In this document: piece by piece, positions 63,160 to 64,000 of the stretch
How the letters are laid out: each line of letters begins with the position of its first letter
Position numbering within the stretch: the first letter of the stretch is position 1
Origin: Thunnus thynnus
Lineage: Eukaryota
Direction: 5' to 3'
DNA length: 64,000 bases
NCBI RefSeq assembly: GCF_963924715.1
Contig: NC_089527.1
Coordinates: 28,250,551 to 28,314,550, forward strand
Translations under genes and position numbers: made by a program
Notes under the pieces: generated by a model
What the model was told of the DNA's origin: nothing
The model's database searches: none
The model's input: the letters and a program-made list of their open reading frames with translations, nothing else

Positions 63160-63261
63160 GTCCGGGGAGCTCACAGAGGAGATTTCATGGAGCTGTTCTT
63201 GTCTTTCTGGGGCTGCTGAGTGTTTTCCTGCTGGCTGGACTCATCGGCCTCGGCGTCTACT
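63160..63261 (+). CDS. CLEC copy 3 exon 2: transmembrane segment
   Basis: (G)PGSSQRRFHGAVLVFLGLLSVFLLAGLIGLGVY has an intact hydrophobic anchor. The ~160-bp downstream intron is about 98% identical to the copy 2 intron at 57694-57850. Confidence 0.75.
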
Positions 63262-64000
63262 GTGAGTCTGGTTAACATTCAGAAGTTTAAGTCAGACTGA
63301 ACTCATGATTATACGAGCTGATTATTCTACTCTGAAAGATGATGTCCTGACTTTGTTCTGGTTTGATTGGTCTTAATTACTGTTTAAATTTGTTAAAGTG
63401 TCATAAAAATACAACATTGACTACAATATTTACAATTTACAATTTTTAAATAGAGATAAAAAGATTTTCCTGAGGAATGTGACTTTTTTTCAAATATTTT
63501 AACAACAATTCACATCTTAGAGAGAAGGAACAATTCTTTTCTCTCCAAGATGTGAATTGAGTGATTGTACAATTTGTATTTTGTCATTGTTTTATCATTG
63601 TACATATTGCCATAAATGTTTGTTGGCAAACTAATGAATGAATGAATGCTCCATAGTACTGTGGTAATAATAGAAAATGACCTACTGTGTGTCCGAGTTG
63701 CACCAGAGATAGAGAGAGAGATATTTAATAGACTGATTTAAAATCATGAGCGTCAGCTGTCGTCATGGGGCAAAATTAGGAAACAATTTGACTTGTGTTG
63801 ATATTGTGTAATATTACATGATGTGAATTTATAAGGTATTTGCTGTTTCACAGACATGTCATGACATTTCAAAGACATGCCTCATTCAGGGTTGACAGGC
63901 TTGTCAGGGACAAGTGGGTTGAGTGGAAGAGAAATTTAGTTGCTCCACTGGACAAGTTAAAGTCATTTAAAAAACGTGTCTTCACGTTATGTGCAGTGTT

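Noticed and set aside
1-64000. Prokaryotic-style novel system (defence island, operon, CRISPR)
   Set aside because: The sequence is clearly eukaryotic. It has long GT/AG-bounded introns, microsatellites, vertebrate transposons and vertebrate protein homologs (PARP4, C-type lectins). There are no CRISPR repeats, operon-like ORF packing or bacterial promoters.

Overview
This window is vertebrate nuclear DNA, most likely teleost fish: it has spliced multi-exon genes with GT/AG introns, abundant dinucleotide microsatellites and degraded LINE/Tc1/MITE insertions, and no prokaryotic features. The centre (about 19.9-43.2 kb, + strand) holds an apparently complete ortholog of PARP4, the vault poly(ADP-ribose) polymerase. 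I reconstructed about 35 coding exons with a phase-consistent chain summing to 5373 nt, predicting about 1790 aa. The order BRCT, PARP regulatory and catalytic, VIT, vWA, proline-rich linker and C-terminal MVP-interaction region matches human PARP4. Downstream (47.5-64 kb, + strand) is a tandem array of three CD209/CLEC4-like type II C-type lectin genes. Copy 1 is intact with 6 exons and a 726 nt CDS. Copy 2 is a likely pseudogene, with a 7-bp frameshifting duplication in the TM exon and no detectable first two CTLD exons. Copy 3 is cut off at the window edge, and copies 2 and 3 share near-identical intron sequence. The upstream 19 kb is a transposon-rich intergenic region: a LINE RT fragment, an hAT-type MITE with an 8-bp TSD, a decayed LINE ORF2, a Tc1 transposase fragment, a TTAA-flanked foldback element 600 bp upstream of the PARP4 ATG, and long-TIR elements carrying GTGACGTCAC. 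There are no tRNA or rRNA genes, no CRISPR arrays and no prokaryotic-style system. Exon coordinates were derived by hand from ORF frames and splice consensus and should be treated as +/-3 nt.
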